Assembly (NCBI GenBank): GCA_039024555.1
Contig: JBCCQQ010000010.1
Coordinates: forward strand, 32,001 to 96,000
Source of the DNA: Cyanobacteria bacterium P01_D01_bin.156
Lineage (GTDB): Bacteria > Cyanobacteriota > Cyanobacteriia > Phormidesmidales > Phormidesmidaceae
DNA: 64,000 nucleotides
Reading direction: 5' to 3'
Shown: positions 42,591 through 51,472 of the stretch, one piece after another
Position numbering within the stretch: position 1 is the stretch's first letter
Layout of the letters: each line of letters opens with the position of its first letter
Made by a program: the position numbers and the translations under genes
Notes under the pieces: model-generated
What the model was told of the DNA's origin: nothing
Database searches by the model: none
The model's input: the letters and a program-made list of their open reading frames with translations, nothing else

Positions 42591-42764
42591 ATGGCTGAAA
42601 TGTTTATCGGTTTAGGTCTAAGCGGTTTGCTAATCGTGATGTTTGGCAAGTCTCCTAGCAAGTCCAAACCAAAGCCTGACAATAAGGCAACACTGACTCT
42701 GGTTCTCAACGGCCAAGACTACACGGTTAAGGAAGTCAAGGGTGCCAGTTTTGAACAGCATTGA
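42591..42764 (+). CDS. Small single-TM protein (57 aa), absent from the ORF track
   Basis: MAEMFIGLGLSGLLIVMFGKSPSKSKPKPDNKATLTLVLNGQDYTVKEVKGASFEQH*; purine-rich AGGGA upstream; hydrophobic N-terminus followed by Lys-rich segment. Confidence 0.6.
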   Translation: MAEMFIGLGLSGLLIVMFGKSPSKSKPKPDNKATLTLVLNGQDYTVKEVKGASFEQH

Positions 42765-42844
42765 TAACAACGGCTGCTGCAAAACTTCTAGGAAATATCC
42801 ATAGGAACAGCAGCTACCCACACCCCATTAGGAGGACACAAACT

Positions 42845-43171
42845 ATGTCTATCCGCTCGTACTTAGCATCTATTTTCTACGTTACGCCTTCCCCGATGCC
42901 CCAGGCCCTGAGCTTTATGGAAGCCCATGGCAGAGTAATCGAACCCATCAAACCTAATGCCACTGGTCGTGTAAATCTGCAAGGTGTTTCTTGGCTGGCG
43001 CGCTGTCCCGACACGCTACTCCATCCCTTACCGGTCGATACCCCCATTCAAGTCGTTGATCGAGTGGGCCTAACCTTACTAGTGAGACCCATCGCAACAA
43101 CAGCAGCCATCTGCGGAGAACCGCGTCATACCGCTCTTCGCTCGGCAGCTGTGGATAACAGTGCCGCATAG
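42845..43171 (+). CDS. NfeD-like OB-fold protein
   Basis: GRVIEPI..GRVNLQGVSWLARC...VVDRVGLTLLV; AGGAGG RBS before ATG 42845. Confidence 0.8.
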   Translation: MSIRSYLASIFYVTPSPMPQALSFMEAHGRVIEPIKPNATGRVNLQGVSWLARCPDTLLHPLPVDTPIQVVDRVGLTLLVRPIATTAAICGEPRHTALRSAAVDNSAA

Positions 43172-43178
43172 CAATGCT

Positions 43179-43317
43179 GGAGTATCAACATAAAAACGGC
43201 ATGATTTTCCCAAGGAATTTGGAATTCGGAGTTAGGAATCTGGAATGCTCACCCTTTCCGAATTCTGACTTCCGAATTCATTCCTCGCCGAAGTTTTCTG
43301 GATTAAATTGATACTCC
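43179..43317. repeat. 139-bp inverted-repeat element with an internal heptamer hairpin
   Basis: GGAGTATCAA...TTGATACTCC ends; internal GGAATTT/GGAATTC/GGAGTTA versus TTCCGAA repeats. Confidence 0.6.
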
Positions 43318-43368
43318 GATACCGCCCTAATTCACCTGACAAACCATATCGTTCTCTCGGAGATTCCT

Positions 43369-43599
43369 ATGCGTAGAAGTCATCATTACTCACGGTTTTA
43401 CTACGTTCTTGGCAAACTATTGCGTGGCTTTTTTATTCTGGCGTACGGCTTTTTGATTCTTAGCCTTTTGCTCGTCATTGCCATGGGGTTTGAATCCGCT
43501 TGGGCATTTTTAACCACCCTAGGGCCATGGATATTCAAACTTGGCCTTACCCTTGGCTGTGGTGTTGCTATTCTGGCGCTGATTGAATCCTTACCTTAA
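43369..43599 (+). CDS. Small two-TM membrane protein
   Basis: 76 aa, two hydrophobic segments, GGAG RBS. Confidence 0.65.
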   Translation: MRRSHHYSRFYYVLGKLLRGFFILAYGFLILSLLLVIAMGFESAWAFLTTLGPWIFKLGLTLGCGVAILALIESLP

Positions 43600-43797
43600 T
43601 GCGCGTCCGCTTTTGATTACCCATCATGATTAGGGCGGTAGGCAAGGCCCACTTTCATGTCGCACTCGATGTTTATGCAGCATAATTTCGAATAACTTCG
43701 CCTTACTTCGCAGTGGTGGTTCTGGCTGCAGACACCTCATTGAGGTTTCCTAGATACCGTTGCCAATATAGAGGCAGCCGTGTCTTCTTAAGTGCAT

Positions 43798-45024
43798 ATG
43801 GTTTCTAGATTTTTACGTTACCTGGGGCGTTTTTTGCGCCGTTCTCGCACCATCAATAATGAACCACTCAATAAGGTGAGTCTGGTCGTCATTATTCTGG
43901 TGGATATTGTTATTTTGTCCAATGTGTTTATTGGCTTAAATGATATCGCCCAGTGGCCGATTTCCCCGGAAGCCGCTTACCCCTGCTACGCCGAGTGGAG
44001 TGACTACCGAGATAATCAGGCCGATGATAAGGATTTTGATTTGGTGCGTCGAGTCGCCAGTAGACAAGTTATAAACGTAACGTCTGCCTATAACCGAGGG
44101 GCTGTGGATCGACTCGGTGAGGTGAGCCCTGTTTGTTTAGAGTATGAACAGGTTCGCGATGGGGTTCGCCAGCCAGCCGCTGATGCTCTTTTGAAAACGC
44201 TAAACCAGAAAGAAGGCGAAATCACTGCCCTAGAATTATCGAATAGTACTATTCGCCAACAGTACGACTCTACACTCCTCGAAGAGATTGCTGGGCAGCC
44301 CCGCGAGCAGTCTATTAACCAGACCGGAGCAGCCGAGGCGAAGGCCACTCTGGCTGAAAATGATGCCAAAATTGAGACCCTAGAGGCTGAAATCTCAGAA
44401 TTAGAAACCAAGCTGGTTGAAATCCCTGAAAGTGCTGCATTTTTAGAATTTCTTGCTCAGGAGCCTACGTTTCAAACGGTTGAGCAAGCTTATGAGAAAG
44501 CCAGATTTTGGTACCCTACCATTCAGTTAATCTTTCAGGCATTGTTTTTGGTGCCGTTGATGGTGGTTACCCTAGCGGTGTATAAGCTGGCTCAGCGAAG
44601 ACGCTATGGTCTAGTGGCGCTGCTTAGCTGGCATCTGCTGGTGATTTTCTCCATTCCTCTCATTCTTAGAGTGTTTGAGTTTTTCCAGGCGGGTGTTATC
44701 TTTGCTGTTGTTTTTGATGTTGTTAGCGCGTTATTTGGCCAACTGCTGTTTTTGGTCAGCTACATCTATATTTTGTTGATTCCGTTGTTGGGTTTTGGGG
44801 TAATTAAGCTGGCCCAGCGGTTTGTGTTTAACCCTAAGTTACAGGCGGCGGGGCGGGTACAGAAGTCACGCTGCATCAAGTGTGCGAAAAAGATAAAGCT
44901 GCACGATACTCATTGTCCCCACTGTGGTTACCATCAGTATCGAGAATGTGGCCACTGCCATCAGCAGACGTACAAGTATTTGCCCTACTGTAGCCACTGT
45001 GGCACGTCTCAACCTGTTGGATAG
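43798..45024 (+). CDS. Membrane protein with coiled coil and C-terminal double zinc ribbon
   Basis: N-terminal TM, periplasmic coiled coil, several TMs, four CxxC motifs at the C-terminus. Confidence 0.75.
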   Translation: MVSRFLRYLGRFLRRSRTINNEPLNKVSLVVIILVDIVILSNVFIGLNDIAQWPISPEAAYPCYAEWSDYRDNQADDKDFDLVRRVASRQVINVTSAYNRGAVDRLGEVSPVCLEYEQVRDGVRQPAADALLKTLNQKEGEITALELSNSTIRQQYDSTLLEEIAGQPREQSINQTGAAEAKATLAENDAKIETLEAEISELETKLVEIPESAAFLEFLAQEPTFQTVEQAYEKARFWYPTIQLIFQALFLVPLMVVTLAVYKLAQRRRYGLVALLSWHLLVIFSIPLILRVFEFFQAGVIFAVVFDVVSALFGQLLFLVSYIYILLIPLLGFGVIKLAQRFVFNPKLQAAGRVQKSRCIKCAKKIKLHDTHCPHCGYHQYRECGHCHQQTYKYLPYCSHCGTSQPVG

Positions 45025-45160
45025 TGTCGTAAGCGTAGGGCTTCTTGATAGCTTTAAGTCAGGGTGAGCACTGATGAAGTTGTGGCTGAGATATCGGTGG
45101 TTGTACAGATTTGACGTGCGGTGCAGTGTGGGAATTCTAAACGTGAATTCTCTTATAGCC

Positions 45161-45189
45161 AGCCTTTGGCAACCTTGCTAGGGGCTTTT
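45161..45189 (+). terminator. Possible terminator
   Basis: AGCCTTTGGCAA/TTGCTAGGGGCT stem with G-U pairs, followed by a T-rich tract. Confidence 0.45.
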
Positions 45190-45401
45190 ATTTCTATTTT
45201 ATGAATGTTGCTGAGCACCAGGCAGTTGAATCTCAGATAGTTGTTGCGGATGTTGCAGCCCCCTTGTTTGCGCAGTATAGCCTTGCTGTCAATGTAGTGG
45301 TGCTGTTGTTTGCAGTGATGATCGCGAGCTGGCCCTATAAGGAAACTGAGTAAGGTTTAGTAAGGGTTCTAACATTTGGTGGCTAAGAGATGACGTGTTT
45401 T

Positions 45402-48400
45402 TTATTCAGTCATTTTGGGTGTTGGTAGATCTCTCGTCCCAGGATGCTTTTCTGTTGTCGCAGGTGTATCGGTAGGGTCATAACCGATGTCGCCTACAAA
45501 GCAAAAAGATAGGGCTAAGTGGAAGGTGTCGCGGTCAATTTCAAACCGCTCTCCTAAGATTCGAGTAATGTCACCTTCAAATCGCCGCCATTCCATGTGG
45601 GCGTAGAAATTGCTCTTAGCGGGTGGGTTGAGGCTTGTGTAGAATTCATTCCACTTTAGAGTCAGAGATGGATTGGGATCTAGGGTACTGACATGCTCAT
45701 CAAATCGAGCGTCGAGTTCTTGGAAAACGTCTCGCATGAGGCTGGGATAGCGACCGGATAGGGCTAGGAAAACAAGCACTACTTTTTTGCTTTCTTCTGT
45801 GGGTTCGCCCCGCTTGGACCAAATGACCTTGAGTACTTTGTAAATATTGGTTAGCCGTTTACCGGTGCGGGGGGTAATATCCACGTGGTTGCAGCATTCC
45901 ACTAGCAGGTCGAACTCGGCTTGATCAAATTCGGTTACGGCAATGATATTGCCCATGGATTGGCCTGATAGTTCTGATGGCGTTGGCTGCTGGGGCTCTT
46001 GTTGTGGTTCTGGTGGTGGCTCTTGGAACTTCTGTTCTGGTGATTGAGAGCCTATTTTTTGGTCCAGGAGTGGCTCGGGAGCTGATCCTGTTTGTTGTTC
46101 TTGATCCGAGTCTGCTACTTGTTCAAAGTCAGCTTCTAGGCGTTGTTCCAAGAATGGTTGTGGAGTCTGTTGGAGCTCAGACTCTGATGCTGTTATTTGC
46201 CTTTCTTCCTGGTCTAGTGTTTGTTCTTGTTTTTGTCTTGGGGAACGTTTAGGCTTGGCTTTTGGGGCTGATTCCTTAGGTTTACGCTGTTTGGGCGTTG
46301 GTGATGCTTTTGGTGTCTGGCTTTGCTTGGGTTGTGTCTCGTTGTCTGGTGCGATTTCAGTTTGTTCTGGATCCTTAACCTGTACTTGTTCGGCCAGGTA
46401 AGATTTTACATTTTTTTGGGAAATGGGGCGCATGCGGTAGGGGATCTGGATGATTTTTTCCAGATAGTCCACACCGGAGGGTACACCGCCCCGTTTGAGG
46501 ACGCCCTGATACACTTCTTCGAGGGCACGTGCAATGTAGCGATCGTCAATGGCTAGGACGACGATAAAGAGCTTGGTTTTGAGTAGGAGTTGAACAGCCT
46601 CTAGAACCTGCACCACCCGGTCGGGGGGGCAGCGGTCTAGGTCGTCGATGTAGACCACAACTCGGGCAGGGCCACGGGGAAAGAGCTTTTTCAGAGCTTC
46701 TGCGTTGTGGGGGCCGGGGGTGAGCTGCTGGGTAAGGTCGTAGAGGTCCTGCTGGATTTGTTTCATTAGGCCCAGATGCTGGCCATAGGCGTTGTCATCC
46801 AGGCGGGAATTGACAAAGTCTAATAGGGAAGGGGCATCGGCGATGATGCCAATGCGTTGGCGTTGTTCGTTGATTTGGAGTTTTAGTTTGGCGATGTCTT
46901 CAGCAATGGCGGTAGTATCACTCTGCTTTTCCGCCAGTAGGCTTTCCCGTTCGCTTTGGATGCGGGCCTGTTCTTTTTGGACGGCCTGAATGTAGTTCCA
47001 GACAATGGGCAGAATCGAAAGCAGCGCGGCGATCCAAGATTGGAGTGCTGTTGGTAAGCCCGTGGCGTTGAGCCAGGTTTGTATGGTTTGCCAAAGATAT
47101 TTGGCAAACTGAAGGATATCGGTGGGGGAGGGTAGGAAGGGAAATTTGTCGGGTTGGCGGAAGTAGACGAACCCAAAAGCCAGAAAGAAAAGAGTAACGA
47201 ATCCGGTCAGGCTTTGGAAAGCGGCTGGGATTTTAGCTATCGTTTGTCCTTTGGTAGTGAATTCTTCAATTTGTTCTTCGCTGTAGCGCTGGCGCAGCAC
47301 TGTATTCAGCAGGGGTTTCCAGATGGCTGCAAACTTTTCGCGGGAGAGTTTTTGATCTACTTCAAATTCGATTTTGCTGAGGGAGCGTTGCAGTTCCCGT
47401 TCTTTTGCCTGGAGGCTAGCTTCTGCTTTTGTTAGTTGGCGACGTTCTTGTTGGCGGATATCGCTGAGGGTATTCCACAGGTAGTTAGGCTCTTTCAGGT
47501 TTTTGAGTTGGGTTTGATCCAGTTTTTTATTGTGATCTGATTTTTCAAGTTCTTGAGTAAGAAATTTGGTTCGCTTGCTCTCGTCAAGGATATAGATAGA
47601 TTGCCAGATATTCCCACCCTCTCTGAGGATTTGGGCATATTGCTCTTGTTCTTGTGGTAACTTTTCAGCTGTTAGCAAGGTTATAAATTCAGAACTGAAT
47701 TTATCTGATTTTTCAGATTTGGGATCCCATTGTTGTGCTCGATTTCTTCGTCGTTTCGGGAAACCAACAAAAAAGAAAAATAGACTTAACTCAATAATGT
47801 TTTCTATCCAGAACTTTTCGTTATCCCATAGCTCGGGTGGGGCGTAGTATTGGCGAAATTGATTATATTCACCAAGTTTACGATTTCCTAGAATGTTGCA
47901 TACATTGTCGATTGCCGAATAAGTTGAATTTATAACCAGGGGAAATCTTGTTTCGAAGCCACTTTCTATCAGTTGGTGAATTGTGCTGACAGCAAGAGAG
48001 ATAATGCCAACTAAAATGCTGATAATACCTATGATACTGTGAGTCATAGGTTGATAAATGTTTAGATCTAGATTCTTCAAAAGAGTTGAACTAAAATAGA
48101 GCCATGGATATACAATTCGCTTTACAGGCTGATATATCCAAGTATCAAATCGTCGATCTGGCTGTTTTAAGTCTTTTTGAGAAGTTTGTTTTTTAAGCCA
48201 AAATCGATAGTGTTTTCTGAAGTTTCTTAACCTCTTCATTGTAGGCCAAGCAATCCTAAGTGAAAACCACTTTTGTCTATTTCGGTTTTGAGTGCGAGTT
48301 TTATTGCTGTGGTTATTTTTTTTGTCTGAATATTGATTCTGAATGAGAAATTCCCCTAGCTGTTGTTCCCAACTAATCTGGCGGTTGAGTTCGAAGAATA

Positions 48401-50453
48401 TTTTCTGCATAAGGCTAGCCCATAGGTTTTCCTTGGCATAGCTCCAAGCATCAAATTTAATTTGGTAAATATGCCCTACATAGGGAGAATGTCTACCTGA
48501 ATAAGGTCCCCAAACTTGAGGTGGTGTCAATGCTTTAGTGCGAATGGCATTGATTTGGGATTGAATAAGATGCATGGCAAAAGATTTACCACTGCCCCAA
48601 CTGCCCAAAAGGGCAACCGCTAGGGGCGGCTTCAAGAGCCGCAGCATCAACACTTGGGTCAGGGCATCTAACTCATCTTGGATAAATAAGGCATCTTCAC
48701 CTTCTGCAAGATCATTATTAAAACTTTGAGGAATGGAAATCCGTTTAGGATTGATAGGCCAAAGACGAATGGTTCTATCAGAACTGCTACTAGCAATAGT
48801 GTTGCCATCAGGGTTAAAGACAACAGACCAGACAGGATTCGAATGTCCTTGGAAAGGTTCACAAATGGAGTTGCCGTTTAAATCCCATATCCGAATAGTG
48901 TTGTCAGAGCTACCACTGATAATAGTGTTCCCATCGGGGCTAAAGGCAACAGATAAGACAGCTCTCGAATGTCCCTGAAAGGATTCACCGATAGGGTTAC
49001 CGTTCAAATCCCATAGTCGAATGGTGTTGTCATAACTGCCGCTGACAATGGTGTTTCCATCAGGGCTAAAGGCAACAGATAAGACGGTATTCGAATGTCC
49101 CTGAAAGGGTTCACCGATAAGGTTACCGTTCAAATCCCAGAGCCGAATAGTGTTATCCTGACTCCCACTAATGATGGGATAACTTAACCCTTTCGAGGTC
49201 GCTATACGAACGGGACCAAAGGCAACAGATAAGACAGCTCTCGAATGTCCCTGAAAGGGTTCACCGATAGGGTTACCGTTCAAATCCCAGAGCCGAATAG
49301 TGTTGTCATAACCGCCGCTGACAATGGTGTTTCCATCGGGGCTAAAGGCCACAGACATGACAGCATCCGAATGTCCGTGGAACGGCTCACTGGTAAGGTT
49401 ACCGTTCAAATCCCAGAGCCGAATAGTGTTGTCCTGACCGGCGCTGACAATGGTATTTCCATCGGGGCTGAAGGCCACGGACATGACAGCATCCGAATGC
49501 CCCTGGAACGGTTCTCGAATAGGATTTCCCTGCAAGTCCCACAGTCGAATAGTATGGTCAGCACTGGCACTAACAATTGTCTTTCCATCGGGGCTAAAGG
49601 CTGCGGACCAGGCAGTATTCGAATGTCCCTGGAGGGTCTTGCCGATGCGGTTTCCCTGCAAATCCCACAGTTGAATAGTTTTGTCCAAACTACCACTGGC
49701 TAATGTGTTGCCATCAGGGCTAAAAGCTACAGACCTAACATAATCCGAATGTCCTTCAAAAGGTTTTTCTATGAGATTGCCATGTAAGTCCCATAGTCGG
49801 ATAGTTTTGTCATCACTGCCACTAACAATAATTTTTTCATTTATAAAAGCTACAGTCCAGACGTCATCTAAATGTCCCTTGAAGGGGGTGTTGATTAAAT
49901 TGCCGTGTAAGTTCCACAGCCGAATAGTTCTGTCAGCGCTACTACTGGCTAATGTGTTGCCATCAGGGCTAAAGGCAACAGATAAAACGGTGTCCAAGTG
50001 CCCCTGAAATGGTTCACCAATAGGGTTACCATTCAAATCCCATAGTCGAATGGTGTTGTCATTGCTGCCACTAGCAATAGTTTTTCCATTAGGCCCAAAA
50101 GCTACAGACCAGACAGGAGCTGAATGACCCTGGAACGGTTCTCCAATAGGATTTCCCTGCAAGTCCCACAGTCGAATAGTATGGTCAGCACTACCGCTAA
50201 CAATTGTCTTGCCATCGGGACTGAAAGTCACTGAAAAGACAGACCTTGAATGTCCCTGAAACGGATTACCGATGGGATTACCCTGCAAATCCCACAGTCG
50301 AATGGTTTTGTCATCACTGCTACTGACAATGGATTGACCATCGGGGCTAAAAGCTACAGACCCAATAGTATCCGAATGTCCTTGGAAGGGAGCCCTGATG
50401 ACTACAGGACCATTTTTTTGCTTTCCCGGCTGCGCTGGTTGTGCTACATCCAT
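45402..50453 (-). CDS. WD40-repeat + KAP-family P-loop NTPase with TM segments
   Basis: 13 GH...WD repeats, Walker A GSWGSGKS, FDAWSY, Walker B YIDDLDRC, YLEKIIQIPY, TPR..KRL.N. Confidence 0.88.
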   Translation of the reverse strand: MDVAQPAQPGKQKNGPVVIRAPFQGHSDTIGSVAFSPDGQSIVSSSDDKTIRLWDLQGNPIGNPFQGHSRSVFSVTFSPDGKTIVSGSADHTIRLWDLQGNPIGEPFQGHSAPVWSVAFGPNGKTIASGSNDNTIRLWDLNGNPIGEPFQGHLDTVLSVAFSPDGNTLASSSADRTIRLWNLHGNLINTPFKGHLDDVWTVAFINEKIIVSGSDDKTIRLWDLHGNLIEKPFEGHSDYVRSVAFSPDGNTLASGSLDKTIQLWDLQGNRIGKTLQGHSNTAWSAAFSPDGKTIVSASADHTIRLWDLQGNPIREPFQGHSDAVMSVAFSPDGNTIVSAGQDNTIRLWDLNGNLTSEPFHGHSDAVMSVAFSPDGNTIVSGGYDNTIRLWDLNGNPIGEPFQGHSRAVLSVAFGPVRIATSKGLSYPIISGSQDNTIRLWDLNGNLIGEPFQGHSNTVLSVAFSPDGNTIVSGSYDNTIRLWDLNGNPIGESFQGHSRAVLSVAFSPDGNTIISGSSDNTIRIWDLNGNSICEPFQGHSNPVWSVVFNPDGNTIASSSSDRTIRLWPINPKRISIPQSFNNDLAEGEDALFIQDELDALTQVLMLRLLKPPLAVALLGSWGSGKSFAMHLIQSQINAIRTKALTPPQVWGPYSGRHSPYVGHIYQIKFDAWSYAKENLWASLMQKIFFELNRQISWEQQLGEFLIQNQYSDKKNNHSNKTRTQNRNRQKWFSLRIAWPTMKRLRNFRKHYRFWLKKQTSQKDLKQPDRRFDTWIYQPVKRIVYPWLYFSSTLLKNLDLNIYQPMTHSIIGIISILVGIISLAVSTIHQLIESGFETRFPLVINSTYSAIDNVCNILGNRKLGEYNQFRQYYAPPELWDNEKFWIENIIELSLFFFFVGFPKRRRNRAQQWDPKSEKSDKFSSEFITLLTAEKLPQEQEQYAQILREGGNIWQSIYILDESKRTKFLTQELEKSDHNKKLDQTQLKNLKEPNYLWNTLSDIRQQERRQLTKAEASLQAKERELQRSLSKIEFEVDQKLSREKFAAIWKPLLNTVLRQRYSEEQIEEFTTKGQTIAKIPAAFQSLTGFVTLFFLAFGFVYFRQPDKFPFLPSPTDILQFAKYLWQTIQTWLNATGLPTALQSWIAALLSILPIVWNYIQAVQKEQARIQSERESLLAEKQSDTTAIAEDIAKLKLQINEQRQRIGIIADAPSLLDFVNSRLDDNAYGQHLGLMKQIQQDLYDLTQQLTPGPHNAEALKKLFPRGPARVVVYIDDLDRCPPDRVVQVLEAVQLLLKTKLFIVVLAIDDRYIARALEEVYQGVLKRGGVPSGVDYLEKIIQIPYRMRPISQKNVKSYLAEQVQVKDPEQTEIAPDNETQPKQSQTPKASPTPKQRKPKESAPKAKPKRSPRQKQEQTLDQEERQITASESELQQTPQPFLEQRLEADFEQVADSDQEQQTGSAPEPLLDQKIGSQSPEQKFQEPPPEPQQEPQQPTPSELSGQSMGNIIAVTEFDQAEFDLLVECCNHVDITPRTGKRLTNIYKVLKVIWSKRGEPTEESKKVVLVFLALSGRYPSLMRDVFQELDARFDEHVSTLDPNPSLTLKWNEFYTSLNPPAKSNFYAHMEWRRFEGDITRILGERFEIDRDTFHLALSFCFVGDIGYDPTDTPATTEKHPGTRDLPTPKMTE

Positions 50454-50683
50454 CTCGACAGCAATTCCCCGACATCATCATCCTGGCTGCTGCCCATGGT
50501 AGCAACGCAAGAAAACGCGATCTAAATATCTCCACAACAGAAAAAAAATCAAACCCATGAATTGACCAACAACCCATTTCAAATCCAGAGCCAAGGCTCA
50601 TTCACTTAGCCACAGCACGCTCCCACCTCCATTGCCCGCTCAAATTGCGTTAATATTTGCAAAGAAAGTTTACATTTTTAACT

Positions 50684-51472
50684 ATGGGTTCTGGTCCCTC
50701 CATCCTTTCGCGCTGGCTACGGCCTTCTGACTGGCAGCAGTTCAAGCAACCATCCACCGGCTTTATCGAACTGCGCCACCTCAGCAAAAATTTTATGGAA
50801 GGGGCCACCCAGCGACAGGTACTCAGTGACCTCAGCCTCACCTTTGACGAAGGTCAATTTATTGTGCTGCTGGGCCAGAGCGGCAGTGGCAAAAGTACCT
50901 TACTAAATCTAATTAGCGGCATCGAACGACCCACAGCGGGCGAAGTGCTAATCGACGGCGTACCCATCACCAAATTGGATGAGCGTACCTGCACCCTGTT
51001 TCGCCGTGACGAAATCGGCATCATCTTCCAGTTCTTTAATCTAATTCCCACCCTGACGGTGCTAGAAAACGTCACCCTGCCCCAGGAGCTAGCAGGCAAC
51101 GCACCAGGGGATGTTGAAGCTCAAGCGACATCAATTTTAGACAGAGTGGGTCTGGGCGATCGCACTTCTGCCTTCCCCGATAAACTCTCCGGCGGTCAGC
51201 AACAGCGGGTGGCCATTGCCCGTGCCCTGGTCCACGAACCCCGACTAATCTTGGCGGATGAACCCACCGGTAACCTGGACGAAGAAACTGGCGAGACGGT
51301 GCTGCAGTTGCTGCTAGACCTCACCCGCAATGCAAACAAGACCCTGATTATGGCCACCCACAACCCGGACATTGCCAAGTACGCCGACCGGGTGCTGCGG
51401 GTTCACGAAGGCCAATTAGAAGATGCTACTGCCGAACTTAAGACCGCATCTCAGGGGGCAGCCGTCGCCTAA
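50684..51472 (+). CDS. ABC transporter ATP-binding protein (LolD/MacB-like)
   Basis: [25 protein letters not shown]. Confidence 0.92.
   Translation: MGSGPSILSRWLRPSDWQQFKQPSTGFIELRHLSKNFMEGATQRQVLSDLSLTFDEGQFIVLLGQSGSGKSTLLNLISGIERPTAGEVLIDGVPITKLDERTCTLFRRDEIGIIFQFFNLIPTLTVLENVTLPQELAGNAPGDVEAQATSILDRVGLGDRTSAFPDKLSGGQQQRVAIARALVHEPRLILADEPTGNLDEETGETVLQLLLDLTRNANKTLIMATHNPDIAKYADRVLRVHEGQLEDATAELKTASQGAAVA

Noticed and set aside
50347..50601. Frameshifted N-terminal extension of the WD40-KAP gene
   Set aside because: Upstream frames show no WD40-like or other recognisable sequence.
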